From contig NC_043001.1 of NCBI RefSeq assembly GCF_006345805.1, positions 35,402,001-35,466,000 of the forward strand: a DNA stretch of 64,000 nucleotides, read 5' to 3'. A program made the translations under genes and the position numbers. Origin of the DNA: Octopus sinensis (taxonomy: Eukaryota). The notes beneath the pieces were generated by a model that saw only the letters and a program-made list of their open reading frames with translations, searched no databases and was not told the origin of the DNA. This document shows, piece by piece, positions 1-13,564 of the stretch (position 1 is its first letter; every line of letters begins with the position of its first letter).

Positions 1-440
1 TTCTTTGTTCTGATAACACCAGAAACGACTGCCTTTTCTTTTTTTACTACAGTAGAGATGAATAATACACAAGACATGAACTTGTATTGTTTTAGTTGTT
101 TCGCTGGATTAGCAACATTTTTGAGATACCGGATAAAATGCTTTGAGACATTTGCTTTCGGCCTTTTAGGTTCTGAAATTTACTCTGCTTTTCATTTAAA
201 TAAGGTCAATCGGTTGAGTACAGAAGTAGATATATATTCCTATAATTCGGTGCAATACCGTGCCCTGAAAGATGGGAGAAAAGTTTATCTGGCTACTATG
301 GACAACGGGGTGGTATAGAGTGATAACTGCATCTCTACAAATTTTTATTTGACTTCTATTTGAAAATTTATTGAAACGTTTCAGAAACAGTTATTGTGAT
401 ATGGTACATATAAGCCACAATCACAACACCAACAGTGATA

Positions 441-630
441 TTCGTTTCTACTCTAGGCACAAAGCCCAAAATTTTTGGGGAAGGGGCCAGTCGATTAGAT
501 CGACCCCAGTACGCAACTGGTACTTAATTTATCGACCCCGAAAGGATGAAAGGCAAAGTCGACCTCGGCGGAATTTGAACTCACGACGTAACGGCAGACG
601 AAATACCACTAAGCATTTTACTACGCAGCT
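441..630 (-). mobile_element. tRNA-headed SINE family B, tail type 2, 5' end degraded
   Basis: Reverse complement of GAGTTCAAATTCCGCCGAGGTCGACTTTGCCTTTCATCCTTTCGGGGTCGATAAATTAAGTACCAG, a core repeated more than 10 times in the window; it resembles the Meta/MESC SINE domain (from memory). Confidence 0.85.
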
Positions 631-786
631 TGGTTAGGGATAGAACTCTAAGAGCTGAAACAAACTCCATTCTATTTTCTTGTGGTGGTAGCTATTGTTG
701 AATTTATTAGTTGTTATTGTTGTTACCGCTGTGCTCCTACTATAACGATTAATCTCAAATCCTAGTTCAGCTCTGGTTTTATAGTC

Positions 787-1195
787 TTTTTCTCTTATAT
801 TTGTTTCAGATATTTGACTACAGCCATGCTGGAGCACCGCTTTTAGTCAACTAAATCGTCACCAGGACATATTCTTTGTAAACCTAGTACTTATTCTATC
901 GGTCTTTTTGCAAACCGCACGTAAACACACCAACATCGGTTGTCAAGCGATGGTGGGTGGTGGGGGACAAACACAGACACACAAACACACACGCACATGC
1001 ATGCACGCACACACACACAGACACACACACACACAAACATATATACGATGGGCTTCTTTCAGTTTCCGTCTACCAAATCCACTCACAAGGCTTTGGTCGG
1101 CACGAGGCTATAGTAGAAGGCACTTGCAGTGAGACTGAACCCGGAATCATGTGGTTGGTAAGCAAGCTACTTACCACGTAGCCACTCCTGCGCCT
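787..1195 (-). mobile_element. tRNA-headed SINE family A with internal (CA)n tract
   Basis: Matches copies at 23594, 47125 and 58325: head GGCGCAGGAGTGGCT..GGTAAGTAGCTTG, GGTTCAGTC B-box-like motif, tail GGCGGTGCTCCAGCATGGC..GACTGAAAC. Confidence 0.9.
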
Positions 1196-1863
1196 ATGAT
1201 CAATTTCTATCCTAATCTAAGTCATATCAATACCTACTCTTTTTTCAACCACTTGATAGGTTATAAGTGCGTGATTTAAAAGAATTTGGCTGCTGTTTCT
1301 TGCAAAAGAAGAGATCGCTTAGAGGCTCTGCCCTTCTCTATTTTTTCTTTCTCTTTCTCTCTCTGTCTCTCTCCTTCTCTATCTGTCTCTGTATCTCTGT
1401 CATTGTCTCTCTTTAACTCTCTCGTTAGACTGCAGAGCTGAGATCAGTTACATGCGTGAGAAGAAGAAAAAGCAGAAAGGGTTTTTGTCTGAAACTGTGA
1501 TTCACATAATGAAATCAGAAAGAGGCTTCAGTGTAGCGTGAAATAGCAATGATGTTTGCATAATGGAAACAATATTAAACAAGAAAATAAGAAAGACATT
1601 CCTTTCAGAAATGTTCTGTTAGTGTTGTTATAAGGGTTCTTTAAAACGTTGCTTAATTGTAAAGATTTCAAAAGAAGGTGGTGTCTTTTAATAAGCAATA
1701 ATCCTTGAACCGTTTTGATCTTGAAGACTTCTTTTTTTCTTCTTGTTCTCTCATTCAAATTTTATTTATTTCGTTTGTCTTTTGATGTATGGGGAGCTCT
1801 GAATGAATGCAAGCAGGTATGGCTAAAGATATATAGGAAAACATATATGTGAGTGTAAGCATG

Positions 1864-1929
<66 letters not shown>

Positions 1930-1931
1930 AT

Positions 1932-1970
<39 letters not shown>

Positions 1971-3157
1971 GTATATATATGTATATATATATATATATAT
2001 GTATATGTATATGTATGCATGTATGTATGTATGTATGTATGTATGTATGTATGTATGTATGTATACCTATCTATCTGTCTACCTCTCAATATATATATAT
2101 ATGTTCAGCTACGTACACACACACACACACACATATATATATATGCATGAATGTATGTATATATTTATATATATATATATACACACACATACATATACAA
2201 ACACAGACATTCACCCGCATGTAGTCAAGAGGCGTACGTTAACTCTATGTTCTTGTATTTGTGCATTCGCGTGTGTGTATCTGAGAACCTATCATGTTAT
2301 CGTTATATGGCTTCTTACATTCATCGCTGTTAATAGCTTCTTTCATATTTTGCTACAGCTCTATAGTCAGTATCTTGGATAAACAGTAATTTTTCTTTAC
2401 GATAGGAGACATTATTTTATGCGTGTCCATTCTCTTATTTTTATTTTTATTTTATATGATATCTTATGTATATTGGAAATATAGACGAAAGAAAAGCGGA
2501 GAGGTAAAAATGTTGGCTTTGTAATTCTGAGATCCAAACTACGATTCTGTTGTTTGACATCGTAGACAAGTCTATCTTGCTATAGCTTCAATGGTTTTTA
2601 AAGAAAAATCAATTAAAGATAGGTATCTGATTATATGAACGCCTAACTAATATCGTACTTACCATTAAGAAACGATGATATTCAGCTGTTGCGGCTCTTA
2701 AACCCTAACTCCTTTCTGGTCGAGCCGATCTCTGATCAGAGGCATTCTATCTGCGACCATCAAATTTTTTCCATACCCAACTAAACAATCTCCTACAACA
2801 TTATTCAACATGTCTTCTTTTAATTATAAAGAAAATTCAAAGCGTGATTTAGGAGAGGCCATTGAAATTAAGCAAAACTTTCCTTATAAAAATCATAGTA
2901 GAAATGGTTTTTACAAAATTTAGTCTATTGTAGCAGACGACAGCTTTTAAATCATGGCTGGGGTTTGCAAAAGTTTTGGTGTATTGAATTTAGCAACAAA
3001 ATGTTTATCCCTGAAAAATTATCAAAAATGAAAGAAACAAGCATATCTCCAGCACCGCCAATGTCCTAGATGCTGTCATCGTAGCCGTCCACGTTATTCA
3101 TCATAGTCGTCCACGCTATCACCATTATCATACTCATTCATATCAACGTGTGAAAGA

Positions 3158-3486
3158 GCATGTCTCAGTGTTTAGAGCGTCGGGTTCACATTCATCAAGT
3201 AGTGATTTTAATTCTCGGACCAGGATATGTGTTGTGTTCTTGAGCAAGACAATTTATTTCACGCTACTCTAGTTCATTCAGCTGTAGAAATGAGTCATGA
3301 TGTCACTGGAGCTAAGCTGAATCGGCCTTTGCCTTTCCCTTGGATAAACATTGGAGGCACACAGAGGGGAGACTGGTATGCAAGGGCAACAGTTCGTCTT
3401 CCAAAAACAACCTTGCCCAGACGTGTGCCATGGAGGGGAACTTTATGGGTGCAATCCGATGGTCATTCATGACCCAACGGGGTCTT
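3158..3486 (+). mobile_element. tRNA-headed SINE family C, diverged
   Basis: Colinear with copies at 17921-18252 and 43891-44222 (GTGTTCTTGAGCAAGACA..CAGCTGTAGAAATGAG..CGGCCTTTGCCTTTCCCTTGGATAA). Confidence 0.85.
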
Positions 3487-3972
3487 TATCTTTTATGCAT
3501 ATCAACATATAACTCCGTTATATCACCACACATCCATATATTATTACCTGCAATATTCACCCGATGAGGGAACACCTAAGCAGTTCACTGGACATCTAGA
3601 AACAAAACTCAAATTCTAATGAAACTATAGTCTACAGTCTTAACAAAAAAAAAAACGAAGGAAATATATTATACAGTGAAGTTTTTGATACAAACCGACG
3701 GAACTGTCATGACTGAATGTTCTTCAGAGAGAGGCATTTCCACCCAGTATTGATACCGTGTAATAAACAGTAACAACGATCTGCAGTATTTGTGGAACAA
3801 ACATCACTAGCGGCTGAATGAAGAACAAGTAGTAGTAGTGGTGGTGGTGATGGTCGTAATTGTAGTAGTAGTAGTAGTATATGACATACTTTTTGTTATA
3901 TATACGATACTGCCAAAACGAAGCATTGCCTTTACCTGAAAGATATATGTACGTATATATAGCATATATAGC

Positions 3973-4017
<45 letters not shown>

Positions 4018-4060
4018 GTGTGTGTGTGTGTGTGTGTGTCCTTACATACATACATCATAT

Positions 4061-4162
<102 letters not shown>

Positions 4163-4429
4163 ATATATATATATATACATATATATATATGCATGTGTTA
4201 TTACAAAATGTTGTAGGAACCTCTTTTTCCGATTTTTTTTTAAATGGCGAACATTATCATGACGAAGAATGCTCACATCTCTTAAGTTATTGCAGTGTTA
4301 GATTGCCTGGGAAATATGTTATTATTTTAGTACTTTCTTCTTTCAACACAGCCAAGGGCACAATTATTGTGTTCACGGCTGTTGGTTTCATGGCTCATAA
4401 AGATTTTTTCGTATTTTTTATGCCTCATG

Positions 4430-4481
<52 letters not shown>

Positions 4482-4749
4482 AATATATATATATATATAT
4501 GTATGTATGTATGCATATGCAGGTATATGTATATATATATATATATATATATGTGAGGAACTTGTAGCTTATATTTCATTTCCAAAATTTCTCCCTGTTG
4601 ATCATGACATATCAATCAAGGTACACGTCATGCTGTTTTGATCTTTAACGACTATGTCAGACGGATTTGCAGCTACATTGTGTCTTCCTTCACAAATCCT
4701 ACATATACAAGGGAATACATCATCATCATCATCATATATATGTGTATAC

Positions 4750-4819
<70 letters not shown>

Positions 4820-4850
4820 AATATATGTATATATAAATATATATATACAT

Positions 4851-4889
<39 letters not shown>

Positions 4890-4944
4890 TATATGTTATA
4901 TATATATTATATTATATATATATACATATATTGTATATATATAC

Positions 4945-4983
<39 letters not shown>

Positions 4984-5541
4984 TTTTTATTTATTTTAGG
5001 TTTTGGAAGTTTGTTCTCAGATACCAGCAGCAGCTGTATAAGTCCTTACCACTTAGGATTTGTAAATGTCTAGAAATTATCTCCAAGATTCTAATATATG
5101 AAGCCAGAAACATATCCTGCCATACATTGTACAGAATCTTTAATCTACTTCCATTTTCCACATGCTATTTTTCCCCGCTTCAATATCAAATGATATTCTC
5201 TACTGGGATGCCAGTTTTATTTACTTATGTAAGCGTTCCATCATTTTTATGAGGTAGGGCATTTGGTTGTCAGTTCATTTTACTCATTATTTTTCATTTA
5301 TGTCTGGTTTGTTTTAGTCATTGGACTGCAGCCATGATGGTGCACCGCTTTCTAACGTTTAACCGAGGAAATCGACAGCAGTATCTTTTTAGCCTGGTAC
5401 TTACAGTATCTTTTTTATTGTCGGATTGTCAAGTGGGACTGACAAGTGGGAGGCAAAGAAAAAAAATGGTACATAATGGGGACAAATACAAACATACATA
5501 GATATGCACAGAGACATATACATTCACTGGCATATATATAT

Positions 5542-5573
<32 letters not shown>

Positions 5574-5587
5574 ATATATATATATAT

Positions 5588-5805
5588 AGGCCCAGGAGTG
5601 GCAGTGTGGTAAGTAGCTTGCTTACCAACCACATAGTTCCAGGTTCAGTCCCACTGCTACGTCCCCGTAACATAGGGGTTCAGCAAAAAGTGACCAATAG
5701 AATTAATATGCTTACAAAAAATAAGTCCTATGGTCAATTCGTTCGACTAAAGGCGGTACACCAGTATGGCCGCAGTCAAAAGACTGAAACAAATAAAAGA
5801 GAAAA
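5588..5805 (+). mobile_element. SINE family A with internal deletion
   Basis: Family A head fused directly to its 3' half at CCCACTGC|TACGTCCCCGTAAC. Confidence 0.8.
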
Positions 5806-7118
5806 TAGAAGAATATATATATACGCACATAGCATAGTATAAAACTAATGTGCGCAACATTGGACAATATAAACCGTACAGATAAAATTTAGTCGTCACT
5901 AATTGTGATTGAATATGCTACAAGCAGATGTATTGCTAGTAATAAACCACCTATAGCTATGTAATAGTACATTTATATATAGCGACAGGGTAGATAACTG
6001 TCGCATGATCGAAACAAAGCTAGAACACTGGACTGCACAAGTTCATCTTAATTGGAATTGTCAACAGCGTGCCTGCATTGCTTCAATATATATTTACACA
6101 CATATATACACATATACGCATATACGCACGCGCGCTCACACGCACATGTATATAGATAGATATAGATACTCGACAAGCTTTTCCGTCTAACATATCCACT
6201 CACAAAATCTTGGGTGGCCCGAAAAACCCGTTAACATGTGGTTGGGAAGCAAGCTTCTTATGACACAGACAGTCCTGCGCCCATTATACGAAAAGTTTTC
6301 AACAGGATGTAGTTCCCAGACCTCTACCACTGCTTTAACATGGTGTTATGTATTTTATTTATTTTCTAATGATGATGTCAAGCTGTATTTGTTTTCTGTG
6401 TTATATTCGGCCTTGCTGCTGGTAATTCACTTAACCAACAGGGTCGTTTGGGATTATATATATGAAGATATTGTCTTCATGCAGTGTATGTAGGGCATGT
6501 CGTTTTAGTAGGGCTAATTACTCTAAACGCTGCTGGGGGATTTGAACTTACCTCTGCTAATATACTTCCCTACGGATAAATTTAACATAGCTAAGCCAGT
6601 GGATGTGTCTCTGTTCCTAATTATGTCCTTCAACAGCATCACAAAGTAGAACACCGAAAACTATTTCGCATGCAGTTACGTATCATCTGTACACATAGCA
6701 AAATCCACAGCGCTACAACGCAAACAGGAAATCACCCACTGACACAACCTTGAGCGTCAGATGCATACTCCATGACGACAAACTGATATGCAAATGTACT
6801 TTCAACCATTGTATAATACTGCAAGATCTACAACTGGAGTCAGATAAAGATCTCACCCATAAAAATTTGTAAGGTAATATCAATTTACAGCCTTAAATCT
6901 ATTTCTCTACTCAGTACTTTTCCCTGTGGCTTGCAGAGTCAAATCAACAGTTTTATTTTTACATCATAGATATAAAAATGAATGTAGTTTAGTGTTAACA
7001 CCAGTTCGACGTCCTTTCTATCGTTCATAAATACACTTTGGTGAAAAGATGAAGGAAAACACACATGCACTTACATTCACATACACACGATCACATCAAT
7101 CACACATACATACACGGA

Positions 7119-7190
<72 letters not shown>

Positions 7191-7500
7191 CTCATCAATT
7201 TCTTCAAGTATCACTTGAAAAGGAAAGTGAGAGTAGAGAGGCAAGTTTTGAAAAAAAGATGGGTGAATGTAGCAAGGATGGCACGTATGAATGACGAAGC
7301 CACCTTGAGCATAATCCTATGAACCCGGAAAAATTTAAAACAGAGGGTTACTTACTTGCAAGCAAATGTGTTAACATGTGACATTATTGACCGAGGTTAC
7401 GGTGGTCTTTTCGGTAGGCTTTTCTTTCCGCGGATAAACCTTATCTGCTTCCCCCTTTACACTGTACATCATGACATTTCTGTGATGCACGAGCCCTATT
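7191..7500 (+). mobile_element. 5'-truncated Tx1/L1-like LINE 3' end (ORF2 C-terminus plus partial 3' UTR)
   Basis: Encodes FFKYHLKRKVRVERQVLKKRWVNVARMARMNDEATLSIIL* (stop at 7322), resembling Tx1-clade ORF2 ends; homologous to 19828-20299 and 30497-30876. Confidence 0.7.
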
Positions 7501-8395
7501 GATAATTGTTTTCCCTTTTACTACAAATTTTGGTTTCAGAGTTGCAATGATCAACGTAATTCAGCTATCGCAAACCCGGTAACAAATGCGAAAACTCTGG
7601 CACCATCGGTGCAGAGAAAACGTTTCCTCTGGACACTAAATCATACAAAAGGGATAATTATTTTCGATTTTATTGTCAGACCTTGACGAACACATCATTA
7701 TGTGTTAATTTTAAATTCAAAATTTAAATAATATTATCAAAACCCCACAATAATAAATAAATATATAATAGAATAAAACATGCAAAAATGGGTACTTTGG
7801 TTAAAGTAATTTATAAACCTTGATATCCAAAAATTAAACATTAAAAATATAATATGAAAAAAATAAATTTTTCTCTGAAAATTTGATGGTTAAAAGTTCA
7901 AAGATACTCAAAAGTTAAAATTGAAATCAATATTGAAATTAACATTGTAATTAAGAAGTGGGAATTAAAATTTTAAATTTTGAATAACGATTAATAGGGT
8001 GTTGAAAATTTTAAGAGTTACGAAATAGAAACAAATAGAACTAAATTTGAAAGTGAAATGGAGATGAGAAAATAAAAATGAGCAACGACAGGTTATGAAG
8101 AGAATTTAAACACTGAAATATAAAAGTAAAGATCGAAAAATTTAACCAAAATATTGAAAAATTAAAAAATTGAAGAATTGCAAAATTAAAATTTTATAAA
8201 TTAATGAATTAAAAATAAATTGAAGTTAAATTCAACATGTTCTTTAAGAAAATAAGAAGCATACACGCACACCTGAATAATACATACCCACACGCACACA
8301 TACACATTGCATACACATAATCACACAAATATTTATACACGCCTACTGCTATATCTATCTATTTATCTATCTATATATATATGTGTGTATATATG

Positions 8396-8427
<32 letters not shown>

Positions 8428-8483
8428 ATATATATATATATGTATATATATATACATATATATGTATACACACACACACATAC

Positions 8484-8542
<59 letters not shown>

Positions 8543-8582
8543 GTATACACACACACACGCACATACATACATATATATATAT

Positions 8583-8676
<94 letters not shown>
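8583..8676. repeat. (ATAG)n microsatellite
   Basis: Perfect tetranucleotide run. Confidence 0.95.
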
Positions 8677-8677
<1 letters not shown>

Positions 8678-8884
8678 CGCACACGCACATCCACAAGAAT
8701 ATATATGCCATGATATCAAAAACAAAAGTAATAAGAGATTATGAAAAATGAAATATATGTGAGAGTAAGTAAAAGTACATCATATATAACAATATACAAC
8801 AAATAATAAGCTGATTTATAGAGGTTCACATCCAGTCCTAAAAGAAAATATGTTCATACTGTCTTTTGCTGCGTTGGAGAGGGA

Positions 8885-9320
8885 GACAAAATTTCAGAAC
8901 ATACTTTGTGGCATATCGGCAGATACTAAAGTCTTCACTTCTGGTATTTAGGCATATGCTGGGGTACAATGAACGATTCGGGATGACCCAACTTTCTTTA
9001 TTGCTGAGCCCGCACTTTCTGTTGCATTTGGCATAGGGTTTGCCCTTTGTTAATATTTTTCAGTTTATTGTGTAACCGGTGCATTTCTCTTTTAAGCGCC
9101 AAATATAACTAGACCTCCAAAGGAGGAAGAGTTGTTATTAAACCTCGTCTTGTAGTTAGCTACTACAACGACCATGTATCTCTCGATAGAGATTGTGCTT
9201 TCAACTTTTGTCCTTTTGACTGACTCTTCAAATATAGTGGCTCCGTGCTTATAGAACATATTTAGTGGGCACATAGCCCTGTCTCTGAATGAACAGTAGT
9301 TTTCTCTAGGTGATGTGCGC
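8885..9320 (-). mobile_element. Degenerate Penelope-like element, GIY-YIG endonuclease region and C-terminus
   Basis: Minus-strand translation gives CSFRDRAMCPLN..KTRFNNNSSSF, then YTIN*KILTKGKPYAKCNRKCGL..LNTRSEDFSICRYATKYVL. This matches the PLE pattern CxC..CPL..FKxRxxNHxxSF..WxILxKxKPY..KCxLC..LNxRSE..SxCRHxxKxxL, with stops and frameshifts. Confidence 0.8.
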
Positions 9321-9643
9321 TTATGTGCAATTATATTTTTAAAACCAAGTGTAGAACTAAAACTAATCTTTAAAATATCTCTCAAAATTTCCCTGTATTT
9401 AAGGTGGATATCAACATGCTTATCTATGAAAGGCAATATATTTTACCTACATTTAAAATATTTTTTTCATTTGTACCTAGAGAGTGTGCACTCATAACAC
9501 ATATATATGTGGGGGGGCAGGAGCGTAAGTACACATATGAGCAGGTGTGTGTGTATGCGTGTATATATATACATATATGTATATATACATATATATATAT
9601 ACATATATATACATATATATATATATATATTATATATATATAT

Positions 9644-9675
<32 letters not shown>

Positions 9676-9680
9676 ATATA

Positions 9681-9716
<36 letters not shown>

Positions 9717-9790
9717 ATATGTATATATATATATACGTATATATATTATATATATAATATATATATGTATATATATATATACATATATAT

Positions 9791-9828
<38 letters not shown>

Positions 9829-9897
9829 TATACATATATATACACACATATATATATATATATATATATATCTTCTTTCATTCTTTTACTTGTTTCA

Positions 9898-10078
9898 AGA
9901 CGGCGAGCTGGCAGAATCGTTAACGCGCCGGGCGAAATGCTTAACGGTATTTCGCCTACGGTTGCGCTCTGAGTTCAAATTTCGCCGAGGTCGACTTTGC
10001 CTTTCATCCTTTCGGGGTCGATTAAATAAGTACCAGTTACGCACTGGGGCCTTATGCCTAGAGAAGAAAATACTTTTT
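9898..10078 (+). mobile_element. SINE family B inserted in the tail of a family A copy
   Basis: Full head and core; flanked by the 14-bp direct repeat TTTTACTTGTTTCA (9884-9897 and 10079-10092). Confidence 0.85.
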
Positions 10079-10400
10079 TTTTACTTGTTTCAGACTGCGG
10101 CTATGCTGGAGCACCGCCTGGCATCGACCAAATCGATGCCAAGACTCGTTCTTTGTAAGCTTAGTACTTATTCTAACGGCCTCTTTTGTCGAGCAGCTAA
10201 GACGGGTTTCTTTCAGTTTCCGTCCACCAAATCCACTCACAAGGTTTGGTCGTCCCGAGGCTATAGTAGGAGACACTTGTCCAAGATGCCACGCAGTGGG
10301 ACTGAACCTAGGACCATGTGGTTGGGAAGCAAGCGACTTACCACTTCGCCGCTTACTACATAGCTACTTACCACATAACCATCTGCGCCTACACATATAT
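10079..10400 (-). mobile_element. SINE family A with internal deletion
   Basis: Reverse-complement match to the family A head and 3' half. Confidence 0.8.
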
Positions 10401-10984
10401 ACATGTATATATACATACATACACACACACACATATATACGTATATACATATATACATGCACACATATCCATGTGTATGTGCGTGTGTATACCTTAATTA
10501 TTCATGTATGCCTCTATTTTTAATAATTAATAATTTATAATTTTTTTAATCGTTGTTTTTTAAATTATTAATTACTAAGTTTTTCAATAATTTAATCTTT
10601 CAAGTTTCCTCTTTTAAATTTTATTTTTATTTTTTTTATAATGCTTTTATGTTTCGTTTCTCCATTTTATTTAAATTTACTTTAATTATTTTCCCATTTA
10701 AATTTCAGATTTATTTCTATTTATTTTCATTTAGTAATTTTGAAGTTTTCAACACACCGTATATCTTAATGAAAATTTTAAAATTTGTAATTCTCAGTTA
10801 TTAATTTCAGTGTTAACTTTTAATAGTGTTAATTTTTTACCTTTAAACTTCAAGTTTTCTCTGAAATATTTACATTTCTTTTAATCTTTTAATATATAAT
10901 ATTTCAATATCATATTTTTGGACACTAATATCTCATCTTTGCATGTTTTATCAATAAGAAGCTGTGTGGACAATCCTTCTTTCT

Positions 10985-11050
<66 letters not shown>

Positions 11051-11340
11051 TATATAAGAAATTAAAAAAGTAAATACGCTCACTTACATAGTTTTAATAT
11101 AATTTTTAATATATCGACCGGTTTCGCTATCGCTATTCATGATATTGTTTTATCTATTAGAATATATATTCTCGTGAATTTCATCACACACAACATGGAG
11201 CAAATTTCTTCTTAAGAAAAAATATATATTCTAATAAATAAAACAATATCATGAATAGCGATAGCGAAACCGGTCGATATATAAAAAATTATATTAAAAC
11301 TATGTAAGTGTGCGTATTTTCTTCTTTTAATTTCATATAT
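11051..11340. mobile_element. Palindromic Penelope-type tail pair: ~120-bp arms, ~50-nt spacer, next to a (TA)n tract
   Basis: 11051-11170 is the reverse complement of 11221-11340; each arm carries a hammerhead-like fold. Confidence 0.8.
11246..11280 (+). ncRNA. Minimal type I hammerhead ribozyme fold, A3:U8 core variant (mirror copy at 11111-11145, minus strand)
   Basis: ATATC-ATGAATA-GC(GATA)GC-GAAA-C(CG)G-TC/GATAT: stem I 5 bp, stem II 2 bp with tetraloop, palindromic stem III ACCGGT, GUC cleavage triplet. Confidence 0.65.
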
Positions 11341-13284
11341 ACATTACAACTCACCGTGTGGGGATAATCGAAATTCCTCTTTTCTGTTACTACTATATAT
11401 ATATATATATATACATACTTAGCCAAATTCTGGCTAAGAGCTGAAAGCAATTGTCTCCATTGTACGATTTAATGCTCAGAGCGGATTTTTTTTTCCATTT
11501 GCGTCGCTGGAAATGTTTGTATTTGTCACCAGGCATACTACTACTACTAAAAATGGTAATCATCGTATCGTTGAACCAATATCATGAAGTCTTGTATGTG
11601 AATCTCCATAACTGTATGTTCATGTGTTTGTATGTGTGTGCATGTGTATAGATACAAACGTGTGTGTGTGTGTGTGTGTGCGTGTGTGTGTCTGTCTGTG
11701 TATATGTATGTATATATGTATGTGTGTCGGTATTCATACACCATCTTGAATCTGTATTAGATTAAAGTAAAAATTTATGAAATATCTACAAAATGCGTAA
11801 AAACGTACAAGGGCGCTAGCCCATTGTTTTCTATCAGAGGATATTTTTAAAGAGGCATGGTTATGAAACAAACAAATAAACAAAAACAGTTCTAAAGTCG
11901 TCAACAAACCAGCAAACACGGAATTTTGATTCCATTCGCTCTTCTCAGAGACAAACACACCCAGACGTATTTAGCTGAACTGAAACACAGTTATTTTGTA
12001 ACTAAATCTAACTTGACCAGTAAAGGAACAACCTTAACTCTTTACACACTGGGTCAGTTTTAAAAAAACACTCAAATCAACCTTCATTCATAGCACATTG
12101 TTACTTCTGTGCCAAATATTAGCAGGATGTCACCACTGAGGTTAAACTTGGCGTAGCATAGTCGGACAGTAGTTCTATGAATATAAAAGTCTCTATTAAT
12201 CCTCAGCACCACAAAATGAAACCTGAGTTATGTCCCCGAATGCTGAAAGAAAATCTTCACCACTGGACCTTCTTCTACAAATTCTCAGCTGCTACACCTA
12301 TCGAAGAAAAGCTAAGTGTTTCTGCCTAGAAGATGTGCAGAAGGTAGAACTGCAATCAATAACAGATAATGCCATAGGACTTTTGTTCTAAGGTCTCCAC
12401 AAATCACATCATCGAAACATCGGAAATAGTCCATTTCGTCTTCGGTTCGATGTGGTGATGCGGAAACTGAGGGAACACCTCCGGTTCCGCATTTGTCTTG
12501 CAACTATGAATAAGAGACGGAAAACAAAATCACATGGGTGGCAAATAGCTGAAGAAAGAAGGAAAAGCTGAAAGTACAAATTGCAACGCCTACCCATCAT
12601 GAAGAGCACATGTGGGAAAAGCAATGGAAATTCTAAGAAGGAGCTCATAGTCATCTAGGATTGTATAAATTCGTATTTCTTCGCATACACACACATACAC
12701 ATGCAAGCACACACAACCAAATGATCTGCAGGATGGAGAAGGTGATTATAAGATATTACGAGAAGATTAATATCCTGCAAAAGGACGGACTACTAATGAA
12801 AACCATAGTGTAGCCTATGATCAGCCGATGCGAATATTGGAATATTTATTGTCCAACCCGACTCCAAGGCTGCTCACAGGTACCTGTTGATATGCCAATT
12901 TCAAGGTGCGGCCCATAGCCAGTATCACAGGGTCTGGTGGTTCATCACACCAGGGAGGCTTTTCACATTTGTGTCGGCTTTTTACTCAAAGTACGTTTCA
13001 TATTTTAAAATTTATATACTGTTTATCTATGAGTTTTTACTTATGTAATATCCCTTCTTCCATTTATAAAAATGTTCATTCAGGTTTTTGAGTTTAATAC
13101 TCGTGTTTTATAGCTTCTTGGCCTATCCACTCGTTATTTATCACGTTGCTCCAAGCATTTTTTGTAATCCTTCGCTTAAAACGTTTGATTGCAATTTTAT
13201 ATACGACTTCTGGCTAATAAAAAATTATTATTATTATTATTATTAAGAAAAATAAATAGGAGAGTGCCATAGTTATCATGTGAA

Positions 13285-13319
<35 letters not shown>

Positions 13320-13387
13320 CATCATCATCATCATCATCATCATTCCTACTTCTACAACTACTACTACCACCACCACCACTACTACTA

Positions 13388-13449
<62 letters not shown>

Positions 13450-13532
13450 TTACTACTGCTACTACTATTACTACTGCTGCTACTACTACTACTTCTACTA
13501 CTACTACTAATACTACTACTACTAGTACTACG

Positions 13533-13564
<32 letters not shown>

